Shown here piece after piece: positions 27,170 to 40,997 of a stretch of DNA of 61,784 nt. Origin of the DNA: Octopus sinensis (taxonomy: Eukaryota); contig NW_021835237.1 in the NCBI RefSeq assembly GCF_006345805.1, positions 1 through 61,784 of the forward strand. The letters run 5' to 3'. The first letter of the stretch is position 1, and each line of letters starts with the position of its first letter. A program made the translations under genes and the position numbers. The notes under the pieces were generated by a model. It saw nothing but the letters and a program-made list of their open reading frames with translations, searched no databases and had not been told where the DNA came from.

Positions 27170-27325
27170 TCTTTCATTTCTATGACTACTTCCGAGTTTC
27201 TGAAGAAGAGCATTGCTCAAAACGTTAAACCGTCTTTCTTTCCTTTCCTGAGTGCCAAGTCCTCACATTGTTGTGCTTTTTGTGTTTGCTGTTCTTCTTT
27301 TTTGGGGATTTACCATATGTATATA
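27170..27325 (+). mobile_element. Family B hammerhead-bearing element
   Basis: GTTT CTGAAGA A GAGC ATT GCTC AAAAC GTT AAAC at 27196-27230 (G12A). Confidence 0.7.
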
Positions 27326-27361
27326 TATATATAAATATATAGATATATATATGTATATATA

Positions 27362-27406
<45 letters not shown>

Positions 27407-27427
27407 GTATCGTATATATATATATAT

Positions 27428-28312
27428 AGAGAAAATTTTTGATCAGCAAACACATTGACTACAGTCGGTTAAATATTTTTTAATACAAAACTTTAATATT
27501 GCTTACAGCCGTTTCTGCTACCAATGTCAGTCAATGCCTCCAAAGAAAATAATGAGAATGATATTCATCATCTTCATAGCACATCTGATCTAGTACATGG
27601 AGTTTAATCAGAGTGAATACAAATACATAAAATAAAAGAAGAAAAAAGGGAAGAGTAAAGAACCGGGCCTTGAGATGAGGAAAGATGGCTTAATAAATCA
27701 GAATCATACTATTTTGCAGTGTAAACTAGAAAAATAATTGGTGGGTTAATCTTTCTTTAGGGGTACCAGAGTGTATAAATATATCAGTAAGTACACTATT
27801 GTAACAACTTTATGGGTTTGTTTTGGGATAAATATCAATTAGCTCAATTTTTAAATCATAAATAGTATTCTTTTTCTAGGCTTATTGGTGAATCCTGTTA
27901 TACTGAAGTACTAGTTTTATTTTCTTATTTATACAACCTGGTACCCCTAAAGAAAGATTAATCCACCAATTATTTTCCTAGTTTATTTGTGAGTTTATTC
28001 TTATACTCATCACCTTCAAGCTTTACACTGCAAAATGGTATAATGCTTATTTATTAAGCCTTTTTTCCTCATCTCGGGGACCTGTTCTTTCCTCTTCCCT
28101 CTTATCTTATTTATGCATTTGTATTCACTCTGATGAAGCTCCATGTACTAGATCGGATGTGCTGTAAAAGATGGCGAATATTATTCTAATAATTTTCTAT
28201 GAAGGCACCAACTGACTTTGGTAGCAGAAACGGCTGTAAGCAATGTTCAAGTTTTGTATTAAAAAATAATTAACTGATGGTAGTCAATTTGTTTGTTGAT
28301 CAGAAGTTTTCC
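27428..28312. mobile_element. Long imperfect fold-back element
   Basis: 27428-27540 pairs with 28201-28312, 27585-27650 with 28090-28152, 27710-27785 with 27925-28045. Confidence 0.8.
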
Positions 28313-28602
28313 CCATTTTCTGATTATTTTAAAGTTTATGTGCACACACACACACACATACGCATATGCATACATACATATCTATCTATCTATTTATATA
28401 TACATATATATGTGTATGTATGTATATATACAAACATATATGTATGTATACTTTATCTATATAATATACTACTCTATAACTTAGAGTGCACTTCTATTTT
28501 AGATTTATGTTTTACCGATGATATACATACATATATATTGTATTTCTATATATGTATATATATATATATATAAAGACATATACATATAATATATAATATA
28601 CA

Positions 28603-28652
<50 letters not shown>

Positions 28653-29831
28653 TATACATACACAGACACACACATGTGTGTCTGTGTGTGTTGTGTGTTA
28701 TAGGAAGCTGATTTTTATGGCTAGTCAGAGAGTGGACCATTGATTTCACACCTATAAAGCACTTAGCTGTACAGGTGACCTGTCAAACTCAAATGGCCAT
28801 AGGCACATAACCTTTAGTTGTACATATACACATATATTTGTTGATATATATATATATATATACATATACACACATATATTTGTTGATATATATATATATT
28901 TATATATGAACCTATATTAAACATATATATATATATATATAAATATAGATGTACATAAACATATATAAACATATATACATAAAGCTTATTTATATGTGTA
29001 CATACGTTGTGTGTATGTGTGTGTTGGCATTGTTGTATATATGTGTATATATCTGTGCAGGTGTGCATACATGCATTACTCTCTGCCCACTTGATATCAT
29101 AGGATGGACGAAGACAAGCATTATTGTCTTACAAACTGTGCTATTTCTTTCCAATCTTCCGTAAACACATGTCTGGCCATAGGAGAATATTACTGTATTT
29201 ATCTTCCTGATAAAAAAGACAACACTGTTTTGGTAAATTCCATCTAACCCATGAGTGCATAGAAATATGGACGTTAAAATATGGTGATGATGATCTTTTT
29301 TACTTTTATTTTTTTAACCTGTTTCAGTCATTAGACTGTGGCCATGCTGGGGCACCACCTTGAATATTTTGCTTTAGTCAAATATATCGACTTCAGTATT
29401 TATTTTGATGAGTTTATCCCACATTCTAAGGAATCTGTCAATTCATCTGGGAAATATGTCTAGATTTAAACTGGCCTTGGATCCAAGAGGTGCTGTTTTC
29501 ACCTACTTTTTCTTGTAGAAGCTACCGTGGCAGTCTGTAAAAAAGAAGATCAGTTTTCTGCCTACCGATCTATTTTAGATTCCAGCATGACATTTCGTGG
29601 CATATTCACTCTAGATTAGCCGTCCGGTCTATATTCAGTCTGTCTTGCAGTTTAAATGGTGATAGTAGCAGCAGTGGATGTGGGCCAAAGTAATTTTGGA
29701 TCAGCAAAGAGGAAATTGATTTTCTGGAAAGGAAATTGATTTTGCAGCTGAAGTAATGTATATGTGAGTTTTGCGATAGATGTGTTTCTGTGTGTGCTTA
29801 CATACATGTGCGAGTGTGTGTGCATGTGTGC

Positions 29832-29871
<40 letters not shown>

Positions 29872-29986
29872 CTGTGCGTGTGTGTGTGTGCCTGTGCCTG
29901 TGTGTGTGTGTCCATGTGTTTGTATATGCGTGTATGTTTGTGTGTGTGCTTGTGTGTGTACATGTGTGTGTGTGTGACTGTGTGTG

Positions 29987-30018
<32 letters not shown>

Positions 30019-30649
30019 CATTCTTTGCTTTGTTTTAATTGTCATGGCTAAGCTCATGCTGAAACTCTACAAGTTCTCTGTGATTGGTGTGCTTTGTGAT
30101 ACTTGTTCTGCAGTGAGTTACAAATACTCTCCTATGAGTATCAATGTCAAAAATTGGAATGAACAAATGATTGGCCTTTTGGAAATCTGTAGCCATTAAT
30201 TCTTATTGCTCACTAGATGAAACAGGGGACCGTGTTGAGTTCCAGTATCTGCTTTGATGAGGTTTCTACGAATGGAGGCATTTCCTGATGCCAACCACTC
30301 TACAAAGAGTAATATATGCTTCTTTTTATTATGGCACCAGCACTACTGAGGTCACCAAGTAATTTGCAAGACAAAATCACTCAATTGAGTGAGAGTGTAG
30401 TAACGAAGGTGGTGGCTTTGTAATGAGTTGAACAGAAGTAGTGAGTTGAACAGAAGAATTGAGCCAAATAAAAGTATGAGCTGAACAGAAGTAGTGAACT
30501 AAACAGAAATAGTGAGCCGAACAGTTATACAGTCAAAGAGAGAGAGAGAGAGAGGAGAGAGAGTTAGCAAGAAAGAGGGCAGGAACATGTGTGGTGCTGT
30601 AAAGGAGATAAGACAAAGATAAATAGATAGATAGATAGACAGACAGACA

Positions 30650-31605
30650 GAGAGAGAGCACCACATAGGTAGACTGTATGATGCATGTGTACGAACAGCC
30701 ATGCTACATGGCAGTGAAACATGGGCCATGACTGCTGAGGATATGCGTAAGCTTGCAAGGAATGAAGCCAGTATCTTCCGCTGGATGTGTAATGTCAGTG
30801 TGCATACCTGACAAGGTGTAAGTACCTTGAAAGAAAAGTTGGACCTAAGAAGCATCAGATGTAGTGTGCAAGAGAGACGTTAGCACTGGTATGGCCATGT
30901 AGTAAGAATGGATGAGGATAGCTGTGTGAAAAGGTGCCACACCCTAGCAGTTGAGGGAACCTGTGGAAGAGGTAGACTCAGGAAGACTTGGGATGAAGTG
31001 GTGAAGCATGACCTTCGAACTTTGGGCCTCACCGAGGCAATAACTAGTGACCAGGACCTTGGGAAATATGCTGTGCTTGAGAAGACTTGGCAAGCAAGTA
31101 AGAGCACAACCTTGTGGCCTACCTTTCCTTCATTGGACATTAAACTCTGCTTGTGAAGACCTGTTGAGGCAAGGGAAATTGAAATCGAAATCAAATTCGA
31201 TGACTGGTATCTGTACTAGTGGAGCACTAAGAGTACCATCGAGCATGATTGTTACCTACATCGCCTTACTGGCAATTGTGCTGGAGGCATAGGAAAATCA
31301 TTCAAGTGAGGTCATTGCCAGTGACGTTGGACTGGCTCCTGTGCAGGTGGCACATAAAAAGCACCATTTGAGTGTGACCATTGCCAGTACCACCTGACAG
31401 GCACTCATGCCGGTGACACGTAAAAGCACCCACTACACTCTTGGAGTGGTTGGTGTTAGGAAGGGCATCCAGCTGTAGAAACTCTGCCAGATCAGATTGG
31501 AGCCTGGTGCAGCCATCTGGTTTGCCAGACCTCATTGAAATCATCCAACCTATGCTAGCATGGAAAGCGGACATTAAACAACGACGATGATGATGATGAT
31601 GATAT
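30650..31605 (+). mobile_element. RTE-clade LINE 3' portion: ORF end, 3' UTR modules, (GAT)n tail
   Basis: WYGHVVRMDEDSCVKRC..GRGRLRKTWDEVVKHDLRTLGL contiguous with the tail found throughout the window. Confidence 0.9.
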
Positions 31606-32321
31606 ATATATGTGTGTGTGTGTATATATATATGTATATATGAACACACACACATATATATATAGGTATGTATACACACACACACACATATATATATATG
31701 TATGTATACACACACACACACACACACCACACACACACACTCACACAGACACGCACATATATGTACATGTGTGTGTAGTTAGTGTCAGCAAGTAAACTCT
31801 AGTCAATAATGGATTCTTATTCTTGAGAAACCAATTTTACTTTTAAATCTGTTCAATTTATATTGATTATTTTACACACACAAACACACACACAGACACA
31901 AGCACACACACAGACACAGAAACATGTATGCCTCAATGAACACTAACATATTTGTATGTGTTTATACCCATCACTGCATGTGCAAAATCTTACATGTACA
32001 CATGTATAGCAACATGTAAACATTCTCCTTTGCTAACTACATATCTATATGTATACACACATACATACACGCATACATACATAAATACATGCATACATAC
32101 ATATATACATATATACATGCATACATACTTACATACATACATACATACATACATGCATACATACATACATACATATATACATACATACATGCATACATAC
32201 ATACATACATATATACATACATGCATGCATACATACATACATACATACATACATCATACATACATAGATACCTCATCACTCCTGCCACCGCTGTTACCAC
32301 CACCACCACCACCACTTGTAC

Positions 32322-32354
<33 letters not shown>

Positions 32355-32759
32355 GATAGAGAGAGAGAGAGAGAGAGAGAGTGAGAGAGAGCGAGAGCGG
32401 TTGTATAATGTCAACTTAACGTGACAGTCCCATAAAGGGAATCACACCACCGCTGTTTAGCCCTAGGAAGCATTGACGCTTCCTCTTGGCTTTGACACAT
32501 TTCCAGTGTCCTTCTATTTGCAAAGGGGACTGTCACGTTATGTTGACATTATATAACCACCTAGCAGTTCAGCAAAAGAGACCAAGAGAATAAATACTGG
32601 TGACAATTCTTTTGACTGAAACCCTCTAAGGCAGTGCTCCAGCATGGCCACAGTCAAATGACTGAAACAAATAATAGATACGTATATGTACATATGCATA
32701 TACATACACATGTGTATGTATATATGTATGTATGTATGTATCTATATATCATCCTCATC

Positions 32760-33030
32760 ATCATCGTTTAATGTCCGTTTTCCATGCTAGCATGAGTTGG
32801 ACAGTTCCACCGGGGTCTGGGAAGCCAGGAGGCTGCACCAGGCCCAGTCTGATCTGGCAGTCTTTCTACAGCTGGATGCCCTTCCTAACACCAACCACTC
32901 CATGAGTGTAGTGGGTGCGTTTTACGTGTCACTGGCATAGGGGCCAGAGGAGGCGGCAATGGACCCCAGTCAAGGCAGTGCTGGCATTAGCCATGTTCAG
33001 ATGGCGCTTTTCATGTGCCACCGGGACGGG
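32760..33030 (-). mobile_element. RTE 3' end
   Basis: Conserved tail. Confidence 0.8.
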
Positions 33031-33051
33031 TATCTATCCATCTATCTATCC

Positions 33052-33082
<31 letters not shown>

Positions 33083-33157
33083 AATCTATCTATCTCTCTG
33101 TCCGTCTGTCTATCTCTCTCTCTCTCTCCTCTCTATCTATCTATCTATCTATGTCTA

Positions 33158-33194
<37 letters not shown>

Positions 33195-33269
33195 CTTATC
33201 TATCTACTATCTCTCTCTATCTCTATCTCTTGTCTCATCTATCTATCTCTCTCTCTCTCTCTCTCTCAG

Positions 33270-33312
<43 letters not shown>

Positions 33313-34148
33313 GCATGTATGTATGATTGTAGATATCCAGATGTAGAAACCATGCCAGAGTAGACATTGGAATTTGTGTGCAGCCCTCAGGCTTGTCTGT
33401 TCATGTCAAAATGTCCAACTCAAGCCAGAAATGAAAACACATACACACACACACACACGTACATACACACAAGCAAACACACATGCACATGCACACACAA
33501 ACACACACAAGCACACACACACACATACATACGCAAGCACACACACACAGACATACACACACGCATAGACACAAGCACACACATGCACATGCACACACAA
33601 ACACACACAAACACACACACATATGCACACAAATGCACACACACACAAACACTTCATTTTCCATCTACCAAATCCTCTTACAAGGCCTGGGCCTATAGCA
33701 GAAGAAACTTGCCTAAAGTACCATACAGAGGGACTGAACTTGGGATCATATAATTGGAATGCAAACATTTTACCATACTGTCACATATATACACACATAT
33801 ATGCATACATAAAGACACACACATACTTCTAAAGACCTAAGCTTATATACATAACACCCTAATTTTATGTCATAAAATGAGAGAAACATAGAATTAATGC
33901 CAATTCTGTGTATTATTCCTTTCAACTATATTCCTCCAAAAATTTCTGATTTGGAATAAACTCAATTAACCATATATTTATTTGTCACGCATTGCAAAAT
34001 GTCTTGTTTGCTTCCGAGTACCAAAACCATTTTAATGCTGATGGTTGTAATGATGCTGATGATGATGGTAATGTCATGTTTGTGTTCATGCTCTGACAAT
34101 AATCAGAACCGACTTCTTTTAAGGAATCAAGGCTTGACTTTATCTTAA

Positions 34149-34590
34149 CCCCATCGTTACCGTATTTATTTTGAGAGGCTTTGTATTTCTCTCACTTTAA
34201 ATATAACAAAGAATTTAGTAAAATAACTTAGTTATCATTCAGCTAGTGTTAGGAACATAAATTGTGACTGAGGTTCGGTGGAAGATTTTAATTCAAAACA
34301 TATGGAAATAAGACATTTGTACTCAGAGCTAGAGGTGGTTACAGCCGGGACGGTATCAAAAGGGTTAAAAATATCATGGTGACTTTAACCCCATCGTTAC
34401 CGTATTTCTGTTGAGATGCTCTGTGTTTCTTTCAATTAATTTCAAATATAACAAAGAATTTAGTAAAATAACCTAATTATCATTAAGCTAGTGTTAGGAA
34501 CATAAATTGTGACTGAGGTTCGGTGGAAGATTTTAATTCAAAACTTATGGAAACAAGACATTGGTACTACAGAGCCAGAGCTGGTTTCAA
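34149..34590. mobile_element. piggyBac-type MITE (34149-34364) plus adjacent truncated second copy from 34389
   Basis: TTAA flanks at 34145-34148 and 34365-34368; termini CCCC..GTTACCGT / ACGGTA..AGGG. Confidence 0.7.
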
Positions 34591-34779
34591 CTATGACTCT
34601 GTAGTACTAAAAAAAACTCTTTGACTAAAAAAACCCTTTAAGGCGGTGCTCCAGCATGACCACATTCAAATGACTGATACAAGTAAAACAAGAAAAGAAC
34701 AAGAGCTGTCAAAGAGTTCAAACCTCTGCCAACGCATTCAACGATTAGCCAAAGATGATTTTTAAAATGAGATGATTTT

Positions 34780-35100
34780 TAAAATGTGCCGGTGGCACAT
34801 AAAAAGCACCATCTGAACGTGGCCGATGCCAGCACCACCTTGACTGGCTTCCGTGCCGGTGGCACGTTAAAAGCACCAACCGATCGTGGCCGATCCCAGA
34901 CTCCCCTGGCACATAAAAAGCACCCACTACACTCGCGGAGTGGTTGGCGTTAGGAAGGGCATCCAGCTGTAGTAACACTGCCAGATCAGACTGGAGCCTG
35001 GTGCAGCCCCTGGCTTCCCAGACCCTGGCTTCCCAGACCCTGGTCGAACCGTCCAACCCGTGCAAGCACGGAAAACGGACTTTAAACGATGATGATGATG
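34780..35100 (+). mobile_element. RTE 3' end
   Basis: Modules plus tail AAACGATGATGATG. Confidence 0.85.
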
Positions 35101-35309
35101 AATGGGGAATATCTGAAATAAAATCCTTCAATGAATATCATGAGACCTTTTGGTTTTCTCTTCTCTTAAATTCCGGTCTTTCTTTAGTAATCCTGTTGTT
35201 TTAGATCGATGTATAGGATTATGTATATATGTAAGTTTACTGTGAAGTGTTAAAATGTATGTATAATCTCCTAATATAATTAATAAGCATTGTGTTTTTT
35301 ATAATTGTT

Positions 35310-35370
<61 letters not shown>

Positions 35371-35391
35371 TTGTATATATTATTACATAAG

Positions 35392-35606
35392 GCTGCAAGC
35401 TGGCAGAAACATTAGCACGCTGGGTGAAATGCTTAGCTGTATTTCGTCTACTGTTACGTTCTGAGCTCAAATTCCGCTAAGGTCGACTTTGCTTTTCATC
35501 CTTTCAGGGTTGATAAATTAAGTACCAGTTATGCACTGGGGTCGATATAATTGACTTAATCCATTTGTCCCCTCTGTGTTTAGCCCCTTGTGGGTAGTAA
35601 AGAAAT
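35392..35606 (+). mobile_element. tRNA-derived SINE (family S2)
   Basis: Homologous to 56509-56735; B-box-like GAGCTCAAATTCC. Confidence 0.85.
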
Positions 35607-35625
35607 ATATATATCTGTATATAAG

Positions 35626-36875
35626 TGAGGTGTCTGAAAAGTTTTGAACCTCAAGAAAACAAAACATAGTACAAGACTTCTGATGATTTATTTTTCAACA
35701 TGGTCCCCTTTGATGGCTGAACACTTTCTCCAGTGGTGCTGAAGTGCCATTATCCTGGCGTAGAGGAACTCTCTTGCTTGAGACTCCAAGAAACTTCCTA
35801 CAGTGTCTATGACATCATTGTCAGAGGCAAAATGGCAACCAGCCAGGGCTTTTTTCCTTTTTGGGAATAGATGAAAGTCAGAGGGGACTAAGTCTGGTGA
35901 ATAAGACGGAGATGGGGAACAAGTTCATATCCACAATCACGAATTGTTGCCATGGCAACCACTAAGGTGTGGGCTGGAGCATTGTCGTGATGAAAAAGGA
36001 CTCCTGTGGTGAGCATTCCTGGCCTATTTTCTTTGATTGCTTCCTGGAGGCATTACAGTAGTTGAGAATAATACAGCCCTGTCGACACCTTGAGAATCCT
36101 AAAAAACTGACGCCATGACCTTGCCAGCTGAAGAAATGACCCTGGCTTTCTTTGGGGTAGGAAAAGATGTGTGCTTCCACTGCTTTGATTGTTCTTTGGT
36201 TTCAGGCTGGTAGTAATGAACCCAACTTTCGTCCATAGTAATGAAACGAGCAAGAAAATTCCCTTCATTGGCTTCAAACAGTTCCAGATTGCTTGCGGAC
36301 AAAGTACACCTGGTGTGTTTCTGTTCAGGAGTCAAAAGGCAGGGGACCCACCTTGCAGAAACTTTTGAGACCCAAGTTCTTTTGTCACAATGTTGTCTGT
36401 TATTTCAGTTCAGATGCCCAGTCTCTCAGCTATCTGGCGACATGATATGCAACAATCTTGCATTCTCTTACCAAGAGCAAGGTCAATGTTGTCCTCAGTG
36501 GTTGCAGTTGGAGGTCTCCCTGGTGTGGGTTCATCTTCCACACTCTCTCTGCCACGCCTGGAATTCATTTACCCAGCGTTTGACTGTTGCATATGAAGGA
36601 GTATTGTCTGTTAAGGTTCTCACCATATCTTCATGGATTTCGATGGAGTAATGCCTTTCAAATGAAGGTACTTTATGACAGCACAATACTCAGTTTTCTC
36701 CATTTTCCTTGTAACCTCGACACTTGTTTATTCAAAAATCTGCAACAAAACAAAAATTAAAATATCAGAATGAGCAAGAATACTTCGAAAAGACTGTACG
36801 TACCAGAAAAAATTGTTTCAGCTACCTAGCAGTCCCGTTTCTAGGTTAGGCTCAAAACTTTTCATACAACACTCA
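35626..36875 (-). mobile_element. Mariner transposon, inactive
   Basis: TIR-like GAGGTGTCTGAAAAGTTTTGAACC / AGGCTCAAAACTTTTCATACAACACTC; FITMDESWVHYYQPETKEQSKQW and SAGKVMASVF. Confidence 0.9.
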
Positions 36876-36924
36876 TGTGTATATGCATATATATGCATAT
36901 ATATATGTTTGTGTATATATATGC

Positions 36925-37105
36925 ACGTAAAAAGCACCCATTACATTCATGGAGTGGTTGGCATTAGGAAGGGCATCCAGCCGTAGAAACACTACCAGAT
37001 CAGACTGGGCCTGATGCAGCCTTCTGGCTTCACAGACCCCAGTTGAATCGTCCAACCCATGCTAGCATGGAAAGTGGACGCTAAATGATGATGATGATGA
37101 TGATG
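36925..37105 (+). mobile_element. RTE 3' tail
   Basis: Conserved tail. Confidence 0.8.
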
Positions 37106-37439
37106 ATATATATATATATATAATAGAGCTGGAGTGAGAGGTGAAGGTAGAGGAGATAAATGGTAAAGAGAGCGTTGCATGAGTGAGAATGGAAGGGGTG
37201 ATAGATGAATAACAAAGGAAGGAGAGAAAAAGCCGATAAATGGCGTTTGAAGTGTGTGTAAAAAAAAAGGTATTTGTGTGTGTGTGTGTGTGTGTGTACA
37301 ATGGGAATGGGATGGTGATGTTCAATGCTGAAAATGCGTGAGAATATATGTGTGTATATGTGCACATGTGCAAGAGAACTATGTGAAACTTTACATACAC
37401 ATGTAAGGTAAAGAAAATATAAAAAAATAATCCAGAATA

Positions 37440-37601
37440 GGTGCAGGAGTGGCTGTGTGGTAAGTAGCTTGCTAACCAACCACATGGTTCTGGGTTCAGT
37501 CCCACTGCATGGCACCTTGGGCAAGTGTCTTCTGCTATAGCCCCGGGCCGACCAATGCCTTGTGAGTGGATTTGGTAGACGGAAACTGAAAGAAGCCTGT
37601 C

Positions 37602-37639
<38 letters not shown>

Positions 37640-37862
37640 TGTGTGTATATGTTTGTGTGTCTGTATTTGTCCCCCTAGCATTGCTTGACAACCGATGCTG
37701 GTGTGTTTACGTCCCCGTCACTTAGCAGTTCGGCAAAAGAGACCGATAGAATAAGTACTGGGCTTACAAAGAATAAGTCCCAGGGTCGATTTGCTCGACT
37801 AAAGGCGGTGCTCCAGCATGGTCGCAGTCAAATGACTGAAATAAGTAAAAGAGTAAAAAGAG
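37440..37862 (+). mobile_element. S1 SINE, near full length
   Basis: Head, internal (TA)n/(TG)n, 3' body. Confidence 0.9.
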
Positions 37863-37869
37863 TAAATCC

Positions 37870-38045
37870 TTGTTCGGTGCCAGATCGATCCCAAAATCTA
37901 ATCGATTTGTGCCAGTCATGGGGCCAAAAATCCCTGAAAGTTTCATCCAAATCCATCCAATGGTTCTTGAGATATCTTGTCCATGGACAGGCAAACAAAT
38001 ACAACTGAAAACAATACCTCCGTTTTGGCTAAGGTGGAGGTAATA
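37870..38045 (+). mobile_element. Helentron-like non-autonomous 3' end
   Basis: AAAGTTTCATCCAAATCC..GAAAACAATACCTCC..GGAGGTAATAA terminal hairpin; recalled resemblance. Confidence 0.5.
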
Positions 38046-38833
38046 AAAATTGTAGAAGAATAACCAATTTATTGTACATAAATTCTAACAATAAATCTTC
38101 ATATGGAATCCCAAGGGCCTAAGGATCCAGGTAGAAAGCCACTGCTTTAAACGTTTATCAATCCAATGAGTCTTTGAGGCCCTAAATAAATATTTTGGGT
38201 GTTTGTTGGTAACTTTGTCTGGTCATGTTGCTTTTGAGCTTTTAAATATCCTTTTATTTCTTTTGCCATGTTAGAAATTAATGGATACAACTTTGGTCTT
38301 AGAGTGAAACGAAAAGTATATATTTTATCATTTTGTGATTCTGTCTTCTTCGCACGGCTTTTGTTGATTGATTTCTGAGAAATGAATGACAATAGCATTT
38401 GTTTGTTGCTCTACGTCAAAATCACTTCAGTATTTATAATTTGTTTCTATCAAAACAGATTTCGGTATGTCTGTTGCTGATGCTGTTAATTTTTATATAG
38501 ATTGTGCTTGTTATTATTAGTCTTGTTATTGATGTGGGATACTAATGTTTTGCCAATATTTTTTTGCTTTTGTATAATTTGTTTATTTGCTATTATTTTG
38601 CAATATTCCTTTCTTTAGTTGTTTGAAGTTGATTTTCATTCTGGTTGTATGCGGTTCCAGTGTTTAGTGTTTGATGTTGTATGTGTGTGGTTTGATGAAA
38701 TTAGCTATTTCTGGTGCATAATTGGGTCTGTTACTTTCTTCACATTACTTTGTAGTATATGTATGTATGTATATATATATATATATATGGATAACAAAAT
38801 GAATGGTTTACGCCATCTTCCATCTTTCATTTA

Positions 38834-38895
<62 letters not shown>

Positions 38896-38969
38896 TGCAC
38901 ACACACACATATATGTGGATAACAAAATGAATGGTTTACACCATCTTCCGTCTTTCATTTACCATATAT

Positions 38970-39360
38970 AGGTGCAGGAGTGGCTGTGTGGTATGTAGCT
39001 TGCTTACCAACCACATGGTTCCGGGTTCAGTCCCACTGCGTGGCACCTTGGGCAAGTGGCTTCTACTATAGCCTTGGGCCAACCAGAGCCTTGTGAGTGG
39101 ATTTGGCAGACGGAAACTGAAAGAAGCCCATCGTATATATATATATATATATGTATGTGTATGTGTTTGTGTTTGTCCCCCTAGCATTGCTTGACAACCG
39201 ATGCTGGTGTGTTTATGTCCCCATCAATTAGCAGTTCGGCAAAAAGAGACCGATAGAATAAGTACTGGGCTTACAAAGAATAAGTCCCGGGGTCGAGTTG
39301 TTCGACTAAATGTGGTGCTCCAGCATGGCCGCAGTCAACTGACTGAAACAAGTAAAAGAA
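38970..39360 (+). mobile_element. S1 SINE
   Basis: Head, microsatellite, 3' body. Confidence 0.9.
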
Positions 39361-39369
39361 TATATCACG

Positions 39370-39730
39370 TAACAAACACCATCCGATCGTTGCCGTTAGC
39401 CAGCCTCATCTGGCACCTGTGTCGGTGGCACATAAAAACACCATCCGAGCGTGGCCGTCTGCCAGCCTCGTCTGGCACCTGTGTCGGTGGCACATAAAAA
39501 ACACCATCCGAGCGTGCCGTTCGCCAGCCTCGTCTGGCCACTGTGTCGGTTGGCACATAAAATCACCCATTACACTCTCGGAGTGGTTGGCGTTAGGAAG
39601 GGCATCCAGCTGAGAAAACACTGCCAGATCTGACTGGCCTGGTGCAGCCTTCGGGCTCCCCAGACACCAGTTGAACCGTCCAACCCATGCTAGCATGGAA
39701 AGCGGACGTTAAATGGTGATGATGATGACG
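39370..39730 (+). mobile_element. RTE 3' end
   Basis: Modules plus tail. Confidence 0.85.
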
Positions 39731-39733
39731 ATG

Positions 39734-39766
<33 letters not shown>

Positions 39767-40434
39767 CACACACATACGCACACACACACATATATATACA
39801 TACATGCACACACACACACATATATACATACATATATATATATATATACACACATTTAAAATCTGTTTTTTATTATTAATTATTTTATAGCATGTATGTA
39901 CAGCAGTATGTAGGTTACTGTGTTGCTTAATTCTGAAAACCCTGATTCTGCTTCTTAATTGGACTTGTTCCATTTTACGTTTTTTTGAAGTTAGCAAAAA
40001 AAAAAATGTTTACAGTCTTTCTTGATATGCAATATTTGCTGTGACAGTAACTGGTAAGTGGTCCTTACAAAACTGAAGAACTGTTAGGCATGTGTTAATT
40101 GCAGCTATATGTGTGAGGTATAATGTGAGTTCTGGGGAAAAAAATCTGATAGTTGGCATGGTGAAGAATCTGTATTGGTGTGGATTGTTTCGGATATAAA
40201 GAGAGTTTAATTGTGATGCTATTGTGTTAGGCCGTTTTTTTTGCTCTCTGAACAATTTCAGTGGCTTAACATCACCTTCCTCTTCTCGGTGATGGGGTTT
40301 TGTGAGAATATCAAGGTGTTCTGTAGCTGAAATATGCAGCCAGGTGGAATTGTTGCTGACAGCAGAGATTTGTATATATGTAGACATACATGTGCACATT
40401 TATGCATATCATACATGCATGCATGCATATACTC

Positions 40435-40835
40435 TCTTACTTGTTTCAGTCATTTGACTGTGGCCATGCTGGAGCACTGCCTTTAGTCGAGCAAATCGAC
40501 CCCAGGACTTATTCTTTGTAAACCTAGTACTTATTCTATCGGTCTCTTTTGCCGAACCGCTGAGTCATGGGGACGTAAACACACCAGCATCAGTTGTCAA
40601 GCAATGTTGGGAGGACAAACACAGACACACAAATGTATACACACACACATACATATACATATAAACATATATACGACGGGCTTCTTTCAGTTTCCGTCTA
40701 CCAAATCCACTCACAAGGCTTTAGTCAGCCCGAGGCTATAGTAGAAGACAATTGCCCAAGGTGCCACACAGTGGGACTGATCCTAGAACCATGTGGTTGG
40801 TAAGCAAGCTACTTAACACACAGCCATTCCTATGC
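40435..40835 (-). mobile_element. S1 SINE
   Basis: Reverse complement of S1. Confidence 0.85.
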
Positions 40836-40958
40836 CTATATATATGTATATAATATATATATATATACACACACACATATATATATGTATATATATATGT
40901 GTATATTTATATATATATATATGTATATATGTATGTATATATATGTATGTGTATACAT

Positions 40959-40989
<31 letters not shown>

Positions 40990-40997
<8 letters not shown>

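Noticed and set aside
38147-38720. A-rich minus-strand segment resembling a retroelement ORF
   Set aside because: No diagnostic RT or endonuclease motif could be read.
40010-40399. 129-aa minus-strand ORF, and further exon candidates near 28.8, 29.5, 30.1, 43.0 and 43.5 kb, as upstream exons of the minus-strand gene
   Set aside because: Several mutually exclusive in-frame chains can be built, so none is supportable without RNA data.
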